64,000 nucleotides of DNA from an uncultured Gammaproteobacteria bacterium (GTDB lineage: Bacteria; Patescibacteriota; Microgenomatia; Woykebacterales; RBG-16-39-9b): NCBI GenBank assembly GCA_964360785.1, contig CAYHXX010000001.1, positions 412,264 through 476,263 on the forward strand. Reading direction: 5' to 3'. The translations under genes and the position numbers were made by a program. Below, in pieces: positions 1 to 10,032 of the stretch; position 1 is the first letter of the stretch, and each line of letters begins with the position of its first letter. The notes under the pieces were generated by a model. The model saw only the letters and a program-made list of their open reading frames with translations. It did no database searches and had not been told where the DNA came from.

Positions 1-402
1 TCCCGAAAGTTTCTCAAAATAGCTTTTCTTCTTATCTTCGAGTTGGAATTTTTTAAGCTCCTCCATAGGGTTGACTTCTATATCGTAAAAAGCGCCAAAC
101 ATCTTTAACAATTCGACCAAAGTAAGTTGTGGATAAAATCCTGCAGCCTGGAGCTGTACTCCGATTCTCCGCTTCACCTCCCAAGGGTGTTTGAGAGCGT
201 CAATACCTTCAACTGTTATATCTCCTTCTGTGGGTTGCTGCAATGTTTCTACAATTTCCAAAGTAGTAGTCTTACCCGCCCCGTTTGGGCCAAGAATACC
301 AAAAACTTCTCCTTCATTTACCTGAAAAGACACCCCTTTAACTGCGGTAAAGTCACCAAATTTCTTTATTAAATTCTTCACTTCAATTATTTTTGAGGCC
401 AT
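1..402 (-). CDS. ABC transporter ATP-binding protein, partial (N-terminal 134 aa; C-terminus runs off the window start)
   Basis: Minus-strand ATG at 400-402. Translation is MASKIIEVKNLIKKFGDFTAVKGVSFQVNEGEVFGILGPNGAGKTT..., with a Walker A box. Open through coordinate 1. Not in the ORF track because it has no stop. Confidence 0.8.
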   Translation of the reverse strand, partial: MASKIIEVKNLIKKFGDFTAVKGVSFQVNEGEVFGILGPNGAGKTTTLEIVETLQQPTEGDITVEGIDALKHPWEVKRRIGVQLQAAGFYPQLTLVELLKMFGAFYDIEVNPMEELKKFQLEDKKKSYFEKLSG

Positions 403-461
403 GTATCAACGCAAATCAATTTAGAATCTTAACACAAAGTGCTAAGTACACAAGCCTGAGT

Positions 462-1745
462 TTAAGAACTAAAAGACCAGAATTTTGGGAGATGTAAAGT
501 AAATGTTGTTCCCTTACCCACGATACTTTCAACTGTTATATCCCCACCCATCCGCAACATGAGCTGTTTGGAAACATACAATCCGATACCATAACCCTTT
601 AGTTTAACTTCACCCGTATTACTGTTCTCAGTATAAAACTTATCAAAGATTTTAGCCTTTACCTCATCTGGAATCCCAACTCCGGTATCAGAAATAGAGA
701 ACAGTACATGTTTGTCTGTTGCCTGGGTACTGATTAGGATCTTTCCAAATTCTGGCGTGAAAAAAGTCGCATTTTCAACAAGTATTGCCAGAATTTCTTC
801 GAACCTTTCTTTGTCAATTAAAATCAAAGTCTCCTTGGGAACATTCAAAGTCAGATCAATTTCTTTTTGCTCAATCTCACTTCTTAAGTCATGAAGCACA
901 AATTCAACTGCCTCTCTCAAATCGATTTTCTGGAAATAGAAACGAATTTTTCCAGTTTCAATTCGGGCTACTTCCAGCAATAAAGCAATAATTGTGGCTA
1001 CTTTACTCCCAGTTGAGAAACTCTTGATGAGTAAGTTTCTCAAAGGTTCACTAAGCTTTATTTTCTTGTCCGTCGTTATAATCTCCAGATAACCTCTTAT
1101 AGCAGTTATCGGACTACGCAGTTCGTGGGCGATGATAAAGACAAACTCATCCTTCAGTTTGTCCAATTGCCTTAGCTGTTCGACCTGGAATTCTTGCTGT
1201 CTTCTCTGGATTATAACCAGTTCTGTTACCAGGAACCTTCCCAAAGCAGTCACTAACCAAATACCAAACAGATTCAGAATATAAATACTGAAGGCGTTTC
1301 CGAAATCACCTTTATCAAGGAAATTGATCAGATGAAAACTCATGACTACTGAAGCATAAATTGAACTAGCTATCGCGTAACGTTGGGGTAAGTTTGCGGC
1401 TGTGCTAAGTATAGGCAGGAAATAAAGAAAGGTGAAATAACTATAAGTACCGCCGGTAAAATGGACGATAAACAAAATTGCCGTGAGATAAACCAAAGTT
1501 TCTATGAAAAACTTCATTTCTTGAGAAAATAGCTTTGTGGGAAGTATTCGGTGCCATAAAAAAGCAAATATAATTAAGAAAACACAAATTGAGTAGATTC
1601 CTGGGAAATACTTTGGCAATATTTCAGTACCAAACGGGCTTGGGAGGGGAAATTGTAAAATAATAATTCCTAGTAAAATGAAAACTACCACAAAAATCTC
1701 GCGGAATCGTTCTATTCTCTTAAATTTTGCAATATTATTTTCCAT
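462..1745 (-). CDS. Sensor histidine kinase (multi-TM N-terminal sensor, HisKA, HATPase_c)
   Basis: H-box FIIAHELRSPITAI. G-boxes GVGIPDE and GYGIGLYVSKQLMLRMGGDITVESIVGKGTTF. Five or six hydrophobic N-terminal helices. Confidence 0.85.
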   Translation of the reverse strand: MENNIAKFKRIERFREIFVVVFILLGIIILQFPLPSPFGTEILPKYFPGIYSICVFLIIFAFLWHRILPTKLFSQEMKFFIETLVYLTAILFIVHFTGGTYSYFTFLYFLPILSTAANLPQRYAIASSIYASVVMSFHLINFLDKGDFGNAFSIYILNLFGIWLVTALGRFLVTELVIIQRRQQEFQVEQLRQLDKLKDEFVFIIAHELRSPITAIRGYLEIITTDKKIKLSEPLRNLLIKSFSTGSKVATIIALLLEVARIETGKIRFYFQKIDLREAVEFVLHDLRSEIEQKEIDLTLNVPKETLILIDKERFEEILAILVENATFFTPEFGKILISTQATDKHVLFSISDTGVGIPDEVKAKIFDKFYTENSNTGEVKLKGYGIGLYVSKQLMLRMGGDITVESIVGKGTTFTLHLPKFWSFSS

Positions 1746-3018
1746 GTTGTTGCTGTAAAGGCAAAGTAAAGTAGAAAGTTGTCCCTTTACCTACTTGGCT
1801 CTCAAACCAAATTTTACCTCCCTGTCTTTCTATCAATTCTTTTGTGACAAAAAGTCCTAAGCCAGTACCTTTAGATTCGGTGGAGCTACGATTGACTCGA
1901 TAAAATTTCTCAAAAAGATGTAATTTTGCCTCTTCTGGTATTCCGTAACCTTGATCAGAAATTCTTATTTGTGCAAAACCATCTGTTTTTACAAAAGAAA
2001 TACCAACCACTGTCCCCTTGGGTGAATATTTGACTGCGTTATCGATCAAATTTGCTAAAATCTCATGAAGCCTGGAGGAATCAGCCAAGACTATCAACTG
2101 TTCTTTGCTTGGTTCGTACTTCAAATCTATTTCTTTTTCAGAAGCACTCATACTAAAATCTGACAGGGTGGATCCTATCAAACCATTCAACTCTACTGGC
2201 TGCAAATCCAAACTCAATTTCTGGTTTTCTATACGCGATAAATCGGACAGATCACTCACCAATCGTGAAAGTCTCTGGCTATTCTCTCTTGTCTTTGTAA
2301 GCAGTTCCGTTAAATCCTCAGTCCAAGTATTGTCTTTGGATTTAAATGCAGAATCAAGGTAATTTTGCAAGGCGAGAATTGGCTGGCGAAGTTTGTTTGA
2401 AATAACAAATACAAACTCGTTCTTGACCAGATCAATCTGCCTGGCAACCTTAAGATGGTCAGAAATTTCTGAAGCTTTGGCAAGGCGCTCCTCATCAAAA
2501 ATCATTTTTCCATACAACCCAACTACTGTAAGCGACCAAATGTGTAGCAGTGCCAGACCAATGTTTTGCAGAAACGGTAGCTTGGAGAAACCAAAAGCCT
2601 CCAGAAGGATATATAGACAAATACTAACAACCACTACAGAGAAAAAACGGGTAGGAATTGAAGCTGCTGCTCCTAGAATTGTCAGATAAAAAAAGAATAA
2701 AGCAAAACTTTGAATCCCATTTGTAGAGTGAATTGCAACTGCTATGAAAATAACTGTGAACAAATAATAAACAAACGTTTTGGTAAATCCGGTGTATTTT
2801 TTGGGTAGTAAGCGAAACCAAAAAAAGGCAAAACCGAATATAAATATAAAAAGAAAATAAAGGGCTTTTCTTTCGACGGGGAAACTATAATGAAGTTGAG
2901 TCAAAATGAAACCGCTAAAAATACCGAGATAGGTAAATATTTCGGAAATCTTCTCGTAGCGAAAGTATTTTTCCTTTTCTGCGAGAGAGGTAGCATTTAT
3001 GGGTTGAGCAGATTCCAT
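1735..3018 (-). CDS. Sensor histidine kinase, paralog of the preceding gene
   Basis: H-box FVISNKLRQPILAL. GTGLGLFVTKELIERQGGKIWFESQVGKGTTFYF. Same architecture; stop overlaps the downstream kinase start by 11 nt. Confidence 0.85.
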   Translation of the reverse strand: MESAQPINATSLAEKEKYFRYEKISEIFTYLGIFSGFILTQLHYSFPVERKALYFLFIFIFGFAFFWFRLLPKKYTGFTKTFVYYLFTVIFIAVAIHSTNGIQSFALFFFYLTILGAAASIPTRFFSVVVVSICLYILLEAFGFSKLPFLQNIGLALLHIWSLTVVGLYGKMIFDEERLAKASEISDHLKVARQIDLVKNEFVFVISNKLRQPILALQNYLDSAFKSKDNTWTEDLTELLTKTRENSQRLSRLVSDLSDLSRIENQKLSLDLQPVELNGLIGSTLSDFSMSASEKEIDLKYEPSKEQLIVLADSSRLHEILANLIDNAVKYSPKGTVVGISFVKTDGFAQIRISDQGYGIPEEAKLHLFEKFYRVNRSSTESKGTGLGLFVTKELIERQGGKIWFESQVGKGTTFYFTLPLQQQHGK

Positions 3019-3052
3019 CTACTCTTCAATTCTAACAAAATTAGAACCAAGC

Positions 3053-4459
3053 TTAAAGCTGGAGTATTGCCTTCTCTATTCTTTCTAGAGTTTTCTCTTT
3101 CCCAATAAGCTCAACTGTCGAGAAAAGGGGAGGAGTTGCTTCTCTACCAGTTACTATTATTCTTAGAGTCATAAAAAGCTCTCGTCGGCTCCAACTTGTG
3201 CTTTCTTGAAACTTTGAAATTGTTTCTTCTAAAGCTGTTTCAGTCCAACTTAAGTTTTTCAAAGCTTCAACTAGGTTCCCTAGAATCTCTTTTGCTTGAA
3301 TATTTTCCTTGCCTTTTGGCAAATAACTTTCCTTCGGGGTTTCTATATCTTCAAAAAAGAAACTAACTAAAGTATCAAACTCTGAAAGTTTCTTCATTCT
3401 TTCTTTAACCAAAGGCAAAACTTTAATTATCTGTTCATTTGAATACTTAGAGAATTTTTCCTGCTGCAATCTTTTGACCAATTCAACTTCTGGCATTGCC
3501 CGAATATACTCTCCGTTTAGCCAATCGAGTTTTTGAACGTCAAATACCGGCCCACTCGGATCGATACGATCAAAACTAAAGGCTTCAATCATCTCCTCAA
3601 GTGAAAATATTTCTTGATCCCCAGACATAGACCAACCCATCAATCCCAAGAAATTCCTTAATGCTTCAGGTAGATAACCTTGCTGTCTGTAATAATCGAT
3701 GGCAACGGGATTTTTGCGCTTACTTATTTTACTTTTATCAACATTGCGTAATAAGGGTAAGTGCGCAAATTTTGGTTTTTCCCACCCAAAAGCTGAATAC
3801 AGCAAAACATGTTTTGGGGCTGATGAGAGCCATTCTTCCGCCCGAATTACATGAGATATTTCCATAAGATAATCGTCCACTACCGAAGCTAGATGGTAGG
3901 TTGGGAAACCATCGCTTTTGAGAAGCACTTGGTCATCAATCAGTTTGTTTTGAAATGTTATTTTTCCCCGAATCTCATCTTCTACAACAGTTTCCCCTTC
4001 CTCGGGGATTGCCAGACGAACAACTGTATTCTCAACTGATTTTGGCGGATTATAACGACATTTGCGATCATAATGTGGTACCGCGCCTTCTTTTTGTTGC
4101 TCGTCTCGAAGTTTCGTCAAACGCTCAGTTGTACACTCACAACGATAGGCTTTGCCTGAATTAATTAATTTCTCAACGTATTCTTTGTAAATATCCAATC
4201 TCTCAGATTGTCTATAAGGACCAGACCGGCCATCTTTTTCAGGACCTTCATCTGGTTCCAAACCCAACCATTTTAAAGCCTCATTAATTTCGTCTTCCGA
4301 ACCTTCGACAAAACGTGTACGATCGGTATCTTCGATACGCAGAATAAAATCCCCTTTGTTCTTTTTAGCGAAGCAATAGTTGAACAAAGCAGCATAAGCA
4401 GTTCCTATATGTGGGCTTCCTGTAGGGGAAGGTGCAATTCGAGTACGGACTTTTTCCAT
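3053..4459 (-). CDS. gltX: Glutamyl-tRNA synthetase
   Basis: Class I HIGH motif (SPTGSPHIGTAYAALFNY) and KMSKS-like KISKRK. 468 aa. Confidence 0.9.
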   Translation of the reverse strand: MEKVRTRIAPSPTGSPHIGTAYAALFNYCFAKKNKGDFILRIEDTDRTRFVEGSEDEINEALKWLGLEPDEGPEKDGRSGPYRQSERLDIYKEYVEKLINSGKAYRCECTTERLTKLRDEQQKEGAVPHYDRKCRYNPPKSVENTVVRLAIPEEGETVVEDEIRGKITFQNKLIDDQVLLKSDGFPTYHLASVVDDYLMEISHVIRAEEWLSSAPKHVLLYSAFGWEKPKFAHLPLLRNVDKSKISKRKNPVAIDYYRQQGYLPEALRNFLGLMGWSMSGDQEIFSLEEMIEAFSFDRIDPSGPVFDVQKLDWLNGEYIRAMPEVELVKRLQQEKFSKYSNEQIIKVLPLVKERMKKLSEFDTLVSFFFEDIETPKESYLPKGKENIQAKEILGNLVEALKNLSWTETALEETISKFQESTSWSRRELFMTLRIIVTGREATPPLFSTVELIGKEKTLERIEKAILQL

Positions 4460-4592
4460 AATCTTTTAAACTAATGCGTTGATTATAATCTCTACGGCTA
4501 GAAAGCGCGAGATGTTATCACAACAATGGTATTATTCTTTTCCAACCTAGCACAACTTGAGTGCGCAACTATAAAAAGTTATACTTTTAACA

Positions 4593-5663
4593 ATGACCGG
4601 CCTGCCCTATGTTGCTGAGAATATTAGATCTGTCCTCAAATGGAGTTTAATTTCCGTAGTTACGCTTTTTTCCTTGTGGGTTTTGTGGGTTGTCTTTAGT
4701 TTCACCTACAAACTAATTTTTCCTCCTCCCCCTGCACCACCTGATGTTGCTTTCGGAAAACTTAGGCAGCCAGTCACTTTTAATTCGACGTTCTCTGCAA
4801 ATCTTTTTATATTAGACACCCCGGGAAACACCTTTGTTTCTCCACCCAAAGCTTTGCAAGTTTATGAAATACCAAGGATCGAAGGAGAGTTTGCCTCTTT
4901 AGACAATGCAAAAAAGATTGCTAGAAACGCTGGTCTAGATAGTGAACCTCAGCAACTCTCCGATAATGAATGGCGATGGACCAACAAGAAAAACCCGAAT
5001 AAGTCTTTGAAGTTTAATATTGTAACTAACAATTTTGTTTATACCTACGACTGGAACGCTGACACAAAGGTTCTTGAGGGCAACTTTAAGACTAATGATG
5101 AAGCAATTATCTCAAAGGCTAAAGGCCAACTAACTTCCTTTAAAGCCTTGAAAGATGATTTAAAGAACGGAACAACACGAATCAGTTATTGGAAAATAGT
5201 TGGCAAGGATCGAAACAGTGTTGGAAGTTATTCAGAAGCCAATGCTGTAATGGTGGAATTCTTCCGCCAAGAAATTGATAAGGAAAATAAGCTAATTGAA
5301 CTAAATCCAGACCGAGCACAGGTAAACGTTTGGCTTTCACCTAGTGCTGGAGACAATCAGTTATTGGAATTAAATTACACCTATTTTAGTTACAGCAAAG
5401 ATAAAACAGCAACCTACCCACCAAAGTCAGGAACACAAGCTTTTGAGGATCTCAAGACTGCCAAAGCATTTATCGCAAAGGGCCTAAACGAAACTTTTGA
5501 AACCATTACGATTACCAAAACTTACCTTGCATATCTAAATCCAAATACTGATCGAAGAACTTTACAACAAGTTTATGTGTTTGAGGGAAACGGTATTGTG
5601 AAAGGCGAGAAAAAGGATTTTGTTGCCTATGTACCTGCAATTACCAAAGACTATCAGCGCTAA
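4593..5663 (+). CDS. Hypothetical membrane-anchored extracytoplasmic protein
   Basis: 356 aa. Single N-terminal TM (LISVVTLFSLWVLWVVFSF) then a polar domain with no motif I recognise. Lone plus-strand gene between two minus-strand aaRS genes. Confidence 0.5.
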   Translation: MTGLPYVAENIRSVLKWSLISVVTLFSLWVLWVVFSFTYKLIFPPPPAPPDVAFGKLRQPVTFNSTFSANLFILDTPGNTFVSPPKALQVYEIPRIEGEFASLDNAKKIARNAGLDSEPQQLSDNEWRWTNKKNPNKSLKFNIVTNNFVYTYDWNADTKVLEGNFKTNDEAIISKAKGQLTSFKALKDDLKNGTTRISYWKIVGKDRNSVGSYSEANAVMVEFFRQEIDKENKLIELNPDRAQVNVWLSPSAGDNQLLELNYTYFSYSKDKTATYPPKSGTQAFEDLKTAKAFIAKGLNETFETITITKTYLAYLNPNTDRRTLQQVYVFEGNGIVKGEKKDFVAYVPAITKDYQR

Positions 5664-5715
5664 TTCGCCTTTCTGAGTTTATTAATTATTCATTTTTAAT
5701 TTCTGGGTAAATATT

Positions 5716-7113
5716 TTATTCTTTTGAATCTACTAACTTGAGCCCAAGTTCCTTCAAGATTTTGTCAGAAACTTTACTCGGCGCATCCATTACTGAAATC
5801 TGGCCAGAGGAAGCGATCGGGAAAGCAATGACTTCACGAATTGATTTTTCGCCTTGAAGCACCGCGACGAGGCGGTCAAGCCCAATTGCAATTCCCCCAT
5901 GGACCGGTGCACCATAACTGTAGGCCTCAAGAATATGGCCAAAATCTGCTTCAATTTCTTTTGGTGAATAGCCCATGATTTTGAAAACCTGTTTCTGGAT
6001 CTGCGGTTCGTGAATCCGAATACTACCAGAAGCAAGTTCAAAACCGTTACAAACTAAATCGTATTGCAATGAGCCAATTTTATCGATGTCCTTTTCAGAC
6101 TTTAATTTTTCGATATCTTCAGGATCTGGAGCGGTAAAGGGGTTGTGGGAAAAAGTCCAGCGTTTCTCCTCTTCACTATACTCAAACAACGGAAAATCGA
6201 TCACAAAAGCAAAGGCGAGCTCATCTTTATCATCTTTATTCTTACGAGCGTCAAATTTATCGGCGCCATATTTTTTCATGGCCTCGGCGTAGGTGTAGCG
6301 CGGAAATGGTTTAGCAGCTACTTTCTTTCCAAGTTTTTCAGCTAAATTAATCATTAGCTTTTCGACCAAATCCAAAATATCTTCTCTTTCGACAAAAGCC
6401 ATTTCCAAATCTAGTTGGGTGTGCTCAAATTGACGATCAGCACGAAGATCCTCGTCGCGAAATGCTCTTGGGAACTGATAATAGCGGTCAATACCGGTTA
6501 ACATCAAAAGTTGTTTGTATTGCTGGGGTGACTGGGTCAACGCGTAAAATTCGCCTTTCTGTAGTCTTGAAGGCACCAAAAAATCACGGGCTCCTTCTGG
6601 AGTTGTCTTACTCATGTATGGTGTTTCCACTTCAATAAATTTTTCTTTATTAAGAAAATCTCGCATGCAAGAGACCACTTCATGTCGTGCTCTGAGGTTT
6701 TTTTGCAAACGTTGTCTGCGTAAGTCCAAATATCGATATTTTAATCTGATTACCTCATCGATTTCAGTTCCGTCAGTATCAATTGGAAGCGGTAATTCTT
6801 TGGCTTTACCGACAATTTCAATTTCAGAAGCTGTTAATTCAAGTTTTCCAGTTTCTAAATCCGGGTTAATATTTCCTTCTGGACGATTTTTAAGTTCACC
6901 TGTGACCCGAATACAATCTTCACTGGTTAAACCTTCGGCAATGTTGTACGCCTTTTCTTGTTTAGGCGTGGCAACCACTTGGAGTAGACCAGTCGAGTCC
7001 CGAAGGTCAAAGAAAATAAGTTTCCCATGATCGCGACGAGAATCGACCCAACCATAAACTTCAACCTCAGAACCTACTTTTTCTAATAAATCTGTTATAT
7101 ACGTTCGTTTCAT
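5716..7113 (-). CDS. aspS: Aspartyl-tRNA synthetase, short (archaeal/type-2-like, no GAD insertion) form
   Basis: Class II aaRS motifs FRDEDLRADRQFEHTQLDLEMAF and GGIAIGLDRLVAVL. N-terminal OB fold. 465 aa. Confidence 0.7.
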   Translation of the reverse strand: MKRTYITDLLEKVGSEVEVYGWVDSRRDHGKLIFFDLRDSTGLLQVVATPKQEKAYNIAEGLTSEDCIRVTGELKNRPEGNINPDLETGKLELTASEIEIVGKAKELPLPIDTDGTEIDEVIRLKYRYLDLRRQRLQKNLRARHEVVSCMRDFLNKEKFIEVETPYMSKTTPEGARDFLVPSRLQKGEFYALTQSPQQYKQLLMLTGIDRYYQFPRAFRDEDLRADRQFEHTQLDLEMAFVEREDILDLVEKLMINLAEKLGKKVAAKPFPRYTYAEAMKKYGADKFDARKNKDDKDELAFAFVIDFPLFEYSEEEKRWTFSHNPFTAPDPEDIEKLKSEKDIDKIGSLQYDLVCNGFELASGSIRIHEPQIQKQVFKIMGYSPKEIEADFGHILEAYSYGAPVHGGIAIGLDRLVAVLQGEKSIREVIAFPIASSGQISVMDAPSKVSDKILKELGLKLVDSKE

Positions 7114-7148
7114 TTAGCCACCATTCTATTCTAAAGTTGAGTTCTTGT

Positions 7149-7601
7149 CTAGAAGTTTATCCGTTCTAGTTTTCCTTTTATAAAAATTGGCTTCAGACCA
7201 TAAATTTCTTCTTCTATAGTTAATTTCCCTGAGATTTCATTAAGAATAAAGATCTTTTTCTTATTTAAAAAAGCAACCAACATTTCCATCAGTGTATTAC
7301 CACCGATATATCCATCAACCCCGTTCTTTTCGTAGTTTACGACTAAAATCGCATCTGATTTAAGAATTTTATTAAAATGATGAACCATTAGTTTCGTTTT
7401 CTTGGTGTAGTCTTTCTCGTTTTTAAACCAGGTTTTGTAGTAGGAAACATCAAAATTATTGTTTTTCTTCATAATATTTACTGTTTTTGGCGTTTTTACT
7501 TTAAAACCAAGCCTCTTTAGCTCTTTTTCGATTTCAAGAACCTGTTTGTAAAAAGACGCACTCGAGCAGATAGCGATTATTTTTGGATTTTTCTTTTTCA
7601 T
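7149..7601 (-). CDS. Nucleoside 2-deoxyribosyltransferase-like (YtoQ/DNPH1-like Rossmann) protein
   Basis: 150 aa. IIAICSSASFY...AILVVNYEKNGVDGYIGGNTLMEMLVAFLNKKKIFIL resembles the YtoQ/Rcl family architecture. Start overlaps the Nudix stop by 4 nt. Confidence 0.45.
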   Translation of the reverse strand: MKKKNPKIIAICSSASFYKQVLEIEKELKRLGFKVKTPKTVNIMKKNNNFDVSYYKTWFKNEKDYTKKTKLMVHHFNKILKSDAILVVNYEKNGVDGYIGGNTLMEMLVAFLNKKKIFILNEISGKLTIEEEIYGLKPIFIKGKLERINF

Positions 7602-8062
7602 ATTATTTTTAATTCCTTAAACCACTGAAACCATACTTCTTCAATTCCAGGCGACAGTTTCCAAACTTCATCGTCAATCTTTCCGGATAAATATTCTTCG
7701 GTTCTTTCGGCTAAAGACCTTATTTCTTCTTTTGAAAACCAACCAACCTTTTTTGTTTCGTCTTTACTACCGACTACTTGCCCACTTGTCTTCCCCTCAA
7801 AAATTTCCCAATCATGGTAGTTCCCATCTTCTCTTCTACACTTATTGTCTTTTTTCCCTTTAATCACAAGCTTTAATGCAGTTGCTGAAAGACCAACTTC
7901 TTCTTTCAATTCTCGACGAGCACCTTCTTCAAAGTTATCGCCATCCAAATGTCCTGCCGGAGGCGCAAAGCCAAACGGAAAATTCTTCCGCTCAATTAGC
8001 AACAGCTTATCCTTGTCCCAAACTAATATTCCCACACTGGTATGATCACAAACTTTGCTCAT
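7598..8062 (-). CDS. NUDIX hydrolase
   Basis: Nudix box GHLDGDNFEEGARRELKEEVGL. Confidence 0.8.
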   Translation of the reverse strand: MSKVCDHTSVGILVWDKDKLLLIERKNFPFGFAPPAGHLDGDNFEEGARRELKEEVGLSATALKLVIKGKKDNKCRREDGNYHDWEIFEGKTSGQVVGSKDETKKVGWFSKEEIRSLAERTEEYLSGKIDDEVWKLSPGIEEVWFQWFKELKII

Positions 8063-9702
8063 TTTTTTACTTTCCTCAAATCTTTAATTCTTGCTTCCAG
8101 TCGCTTGCGGCTGTTCCAGAAATTTTCTCGGGTGTTGTAAACAATGTCAACCATTTCACCTTCATTTGGCATGATAGAGCTTAAACCAAAACCAACTGCG
8201 TCCAAAATCCTTTGGTCCTTATCTTTTAAAGCTAGCTTAATATGATTATTTTCCTTACCAACCGTACGGACACTGACAACTTCAAGGTTTTTGGTTAAAA
8301 ACAACGGTTCCGGATTGCCCATACCAAAGGGCTCGAATTCTTTAAGAAGATTTGCTAACTCCTCGTTTATCTGCGAGAGCGAAATTTCCGTGTCGATTTT
8401 TAATATTGGAATCAGGTCCTTTTCAGAGAGAGACTCTTCAGCTAGTTGCTCAAGATTAGAGCGAAATTCCCGAATATTACTCTCCTCTATTGAAAACCCA
8501 GCCGCCATTGGGTGCCCTCCGTGTGAAACTAATAATTTTTCTTGTTTATGGATTGCTTCGGTAATATTAAAGTTGGCAATTGAACGCGCTGAGCCTTTGA
8601 ATAACTTCTCTCCTTTTCCGATTACTGCGGTCGGTCGATAAAACTCTTCCACCAACCGGGAAGAGGCTAACCCAACTACACCTTCTGGGTAAAGATAAGA
8701 ATCTACTACTAAGAACTTCGACCCTAAATAATCTTTTTTAATTGTTTCTCTGGCATGATCAATAACTTCGATAGTTTTTTGTTGTCTTTCTTTATTGGTA
8801 CTACCCAAGGTTTGCGCAAGAGAAGAAGCTCTATTCTTATTTTTTGTGAGAAGTAAACGCAACGAATCCATTGCCGAGTCAAGTCTTCCCATAGCGTTTA
8901 ACCTTGGCGAAATTATGAAACCAATTTCATATGTCCCAACTACTTTTCCTATCCCCGCTTCTTCGTAAAGCGCCTGCAATCCTAGTCTTTGGGTCTTGCC
9001 CAAACCAGACAACCCGTTTTTTACAATAATCCGACTGTCTCCAACCAAAGGCACCATGTCTGCTACAGTCCCGATTGTCGCTAGTTCCAAGTTTTTGATT
9101 GATTGCTGATCATGTTCACCACCGTAAGTGGCCATCAAAACCTCTGCAAGTCTAAAAGCCACACCGCTCCCTGCTAAAGTTGTCGTATGAATTAGAGCAA
9201 AGGGTTTTGGAAGTTGATCTTGTGGTTGGTGATGATCAGTAATTATCAGATCGAGACCAAGTTTCTTTGCGACTTGGGCTTCGGTGGTAGCAGTGATCCC
9301 ACAATCAACTGAGATAACAACTTTGGCACCTTGCTCAGCGAGTTGTTCTAATGCTTCAGAGTGAAGTCCATAACCCTCGCTTCTTCTAGAAGGGATATAG
9401 GGCAACACTGTACCACCTAAATGGTTAATCGTTTCCCAAAGAATTGCCACCCCAGTAATCCCATCCACATCATAATCACCATAAACAAAAATAAGCTCTT
9501 TGTTCTTTATAGCTTTTATAATTCGTGTTACTGCCTTTTCAATTTCCGGGAAAAGCTTATCTGTTTTGGTGAATTCGTTAAAATGCGGGTGCTGAAACTT
9601 CCTTTGTTCTTCTGCGCTCTTTAAGTTTCGATTCGATAAGATTTGGTTTCTTAGATCATCAGAAACTTTTTGTGCAACTACCCAACGTTTTTCCACCCAC
9701 AA
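8059..9702 (-). CDS. recJ: Single-stranded-DNA-specific exonuclease RecJ
   Basis: DHH motifs (FVYGDYDVDGITG, ITDHH) and a DHHA1-like C-terminal region. 547 aa. Confidence 0.85.
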   Translation of the reverse strand: MWVEKRWVVAQKVSDDLRNQILSNRNLKSAEEQRKFQHPHFNEFTKTDKLFPEIEKAVTRIIKAIKNKELIFVYGDYDVDGITGVAILWETINHLGGTVLPYIPSRRSEGYGLHSEALEQLAEQGAKVVISVDCGITATTEAQVAKKLGLDLIITDHHQPQDQLPKPFALIHTTTLAGSGVAFRLAEVLMATYGGEHDQQSIKNLELATIGTVADMVPLVGDSRIIVKNGLSGLGKTQRLGLQALYEEAGIGKVVGTYEIGFIISPRLNAMGRLDSAMDSLRLLLTKNKNRASSLAQTLGSTNKERQQKTIEVIDHARETIKKDYLGSKFLVVDSYLYPEGVVGLASSRLVEEFYRPTAVIGKGEKLFKGSARSIANFNITEAIHKQEKLLVSHGGHPMAAGFSIEESNIREFRSNLEQLAEESLSEKDLIPILKIDTEISLSQINEELANLLKEFEPFGMGNPEPLFLTKNLEVVSVRTVGKENNHIKLALKDKDQRILDAVGFGLSSIMPNEGEMVDIVYNTRENFWNSRKRLEARIKDLRKVKK

Positions 9703-9716
9703 AGTTTAACACAACT

Positions 9717-10016
9717 CTAAGTGCGTACCCAACCAAACGTTTTCAAATCTATTTTATTTTTTCGAAACACTACTCCTTCATCCTGTAGCAGCTTCATTTG
9801 AATATCTTTGCCACCAAAAGCAAACCCGTCTGCCAAGGTTCCATCTGAGTGAACAACTCTGTGGCAGGGGACAGCTCTTGGGTCTTTGTTTTGATGCAGA
9901 TACTTTCCGACAACTCTCGGTCCTGTTTCAACAAGTCTGGCAATTTGGCCATAGGTCGTCACCTTACCTTTTGGGATTGTTTTAACAACGGAATAAACTG
10001 CTGCTTTTGTACTCAT
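9717..10016 (-). CDS. MGMT-family DNA-binding domain protein (stand-alone Ogt C-terminal domain, active-site Cys retained)
   Basis: 99 aa. The PCHRVV motif keeps the catalytic Cys (PCHRV, not PWHRV as in Atl) within an HTH-like context. Confidence 0.75.
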   Translation of the reverse strand: MSTKAAVYSVVKTIPKGKVTTYGQIARLVETGPRVVGKYLHQNKDPRAVPCHRVVHSDGTLADGFAFGGKDIQMKLLQDEGVVFRKNKIDLKTFGWVRT

Positions 10017-10032
10017 ATTTCTATGATATTAT

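Noticed and set aside
127-372. 81-aa plus-strand ORF
   Set aside because: It lies entirely antisense within the partial ABC ATPase gene (Walker A on the minus frame) and has no recognisable motifs.
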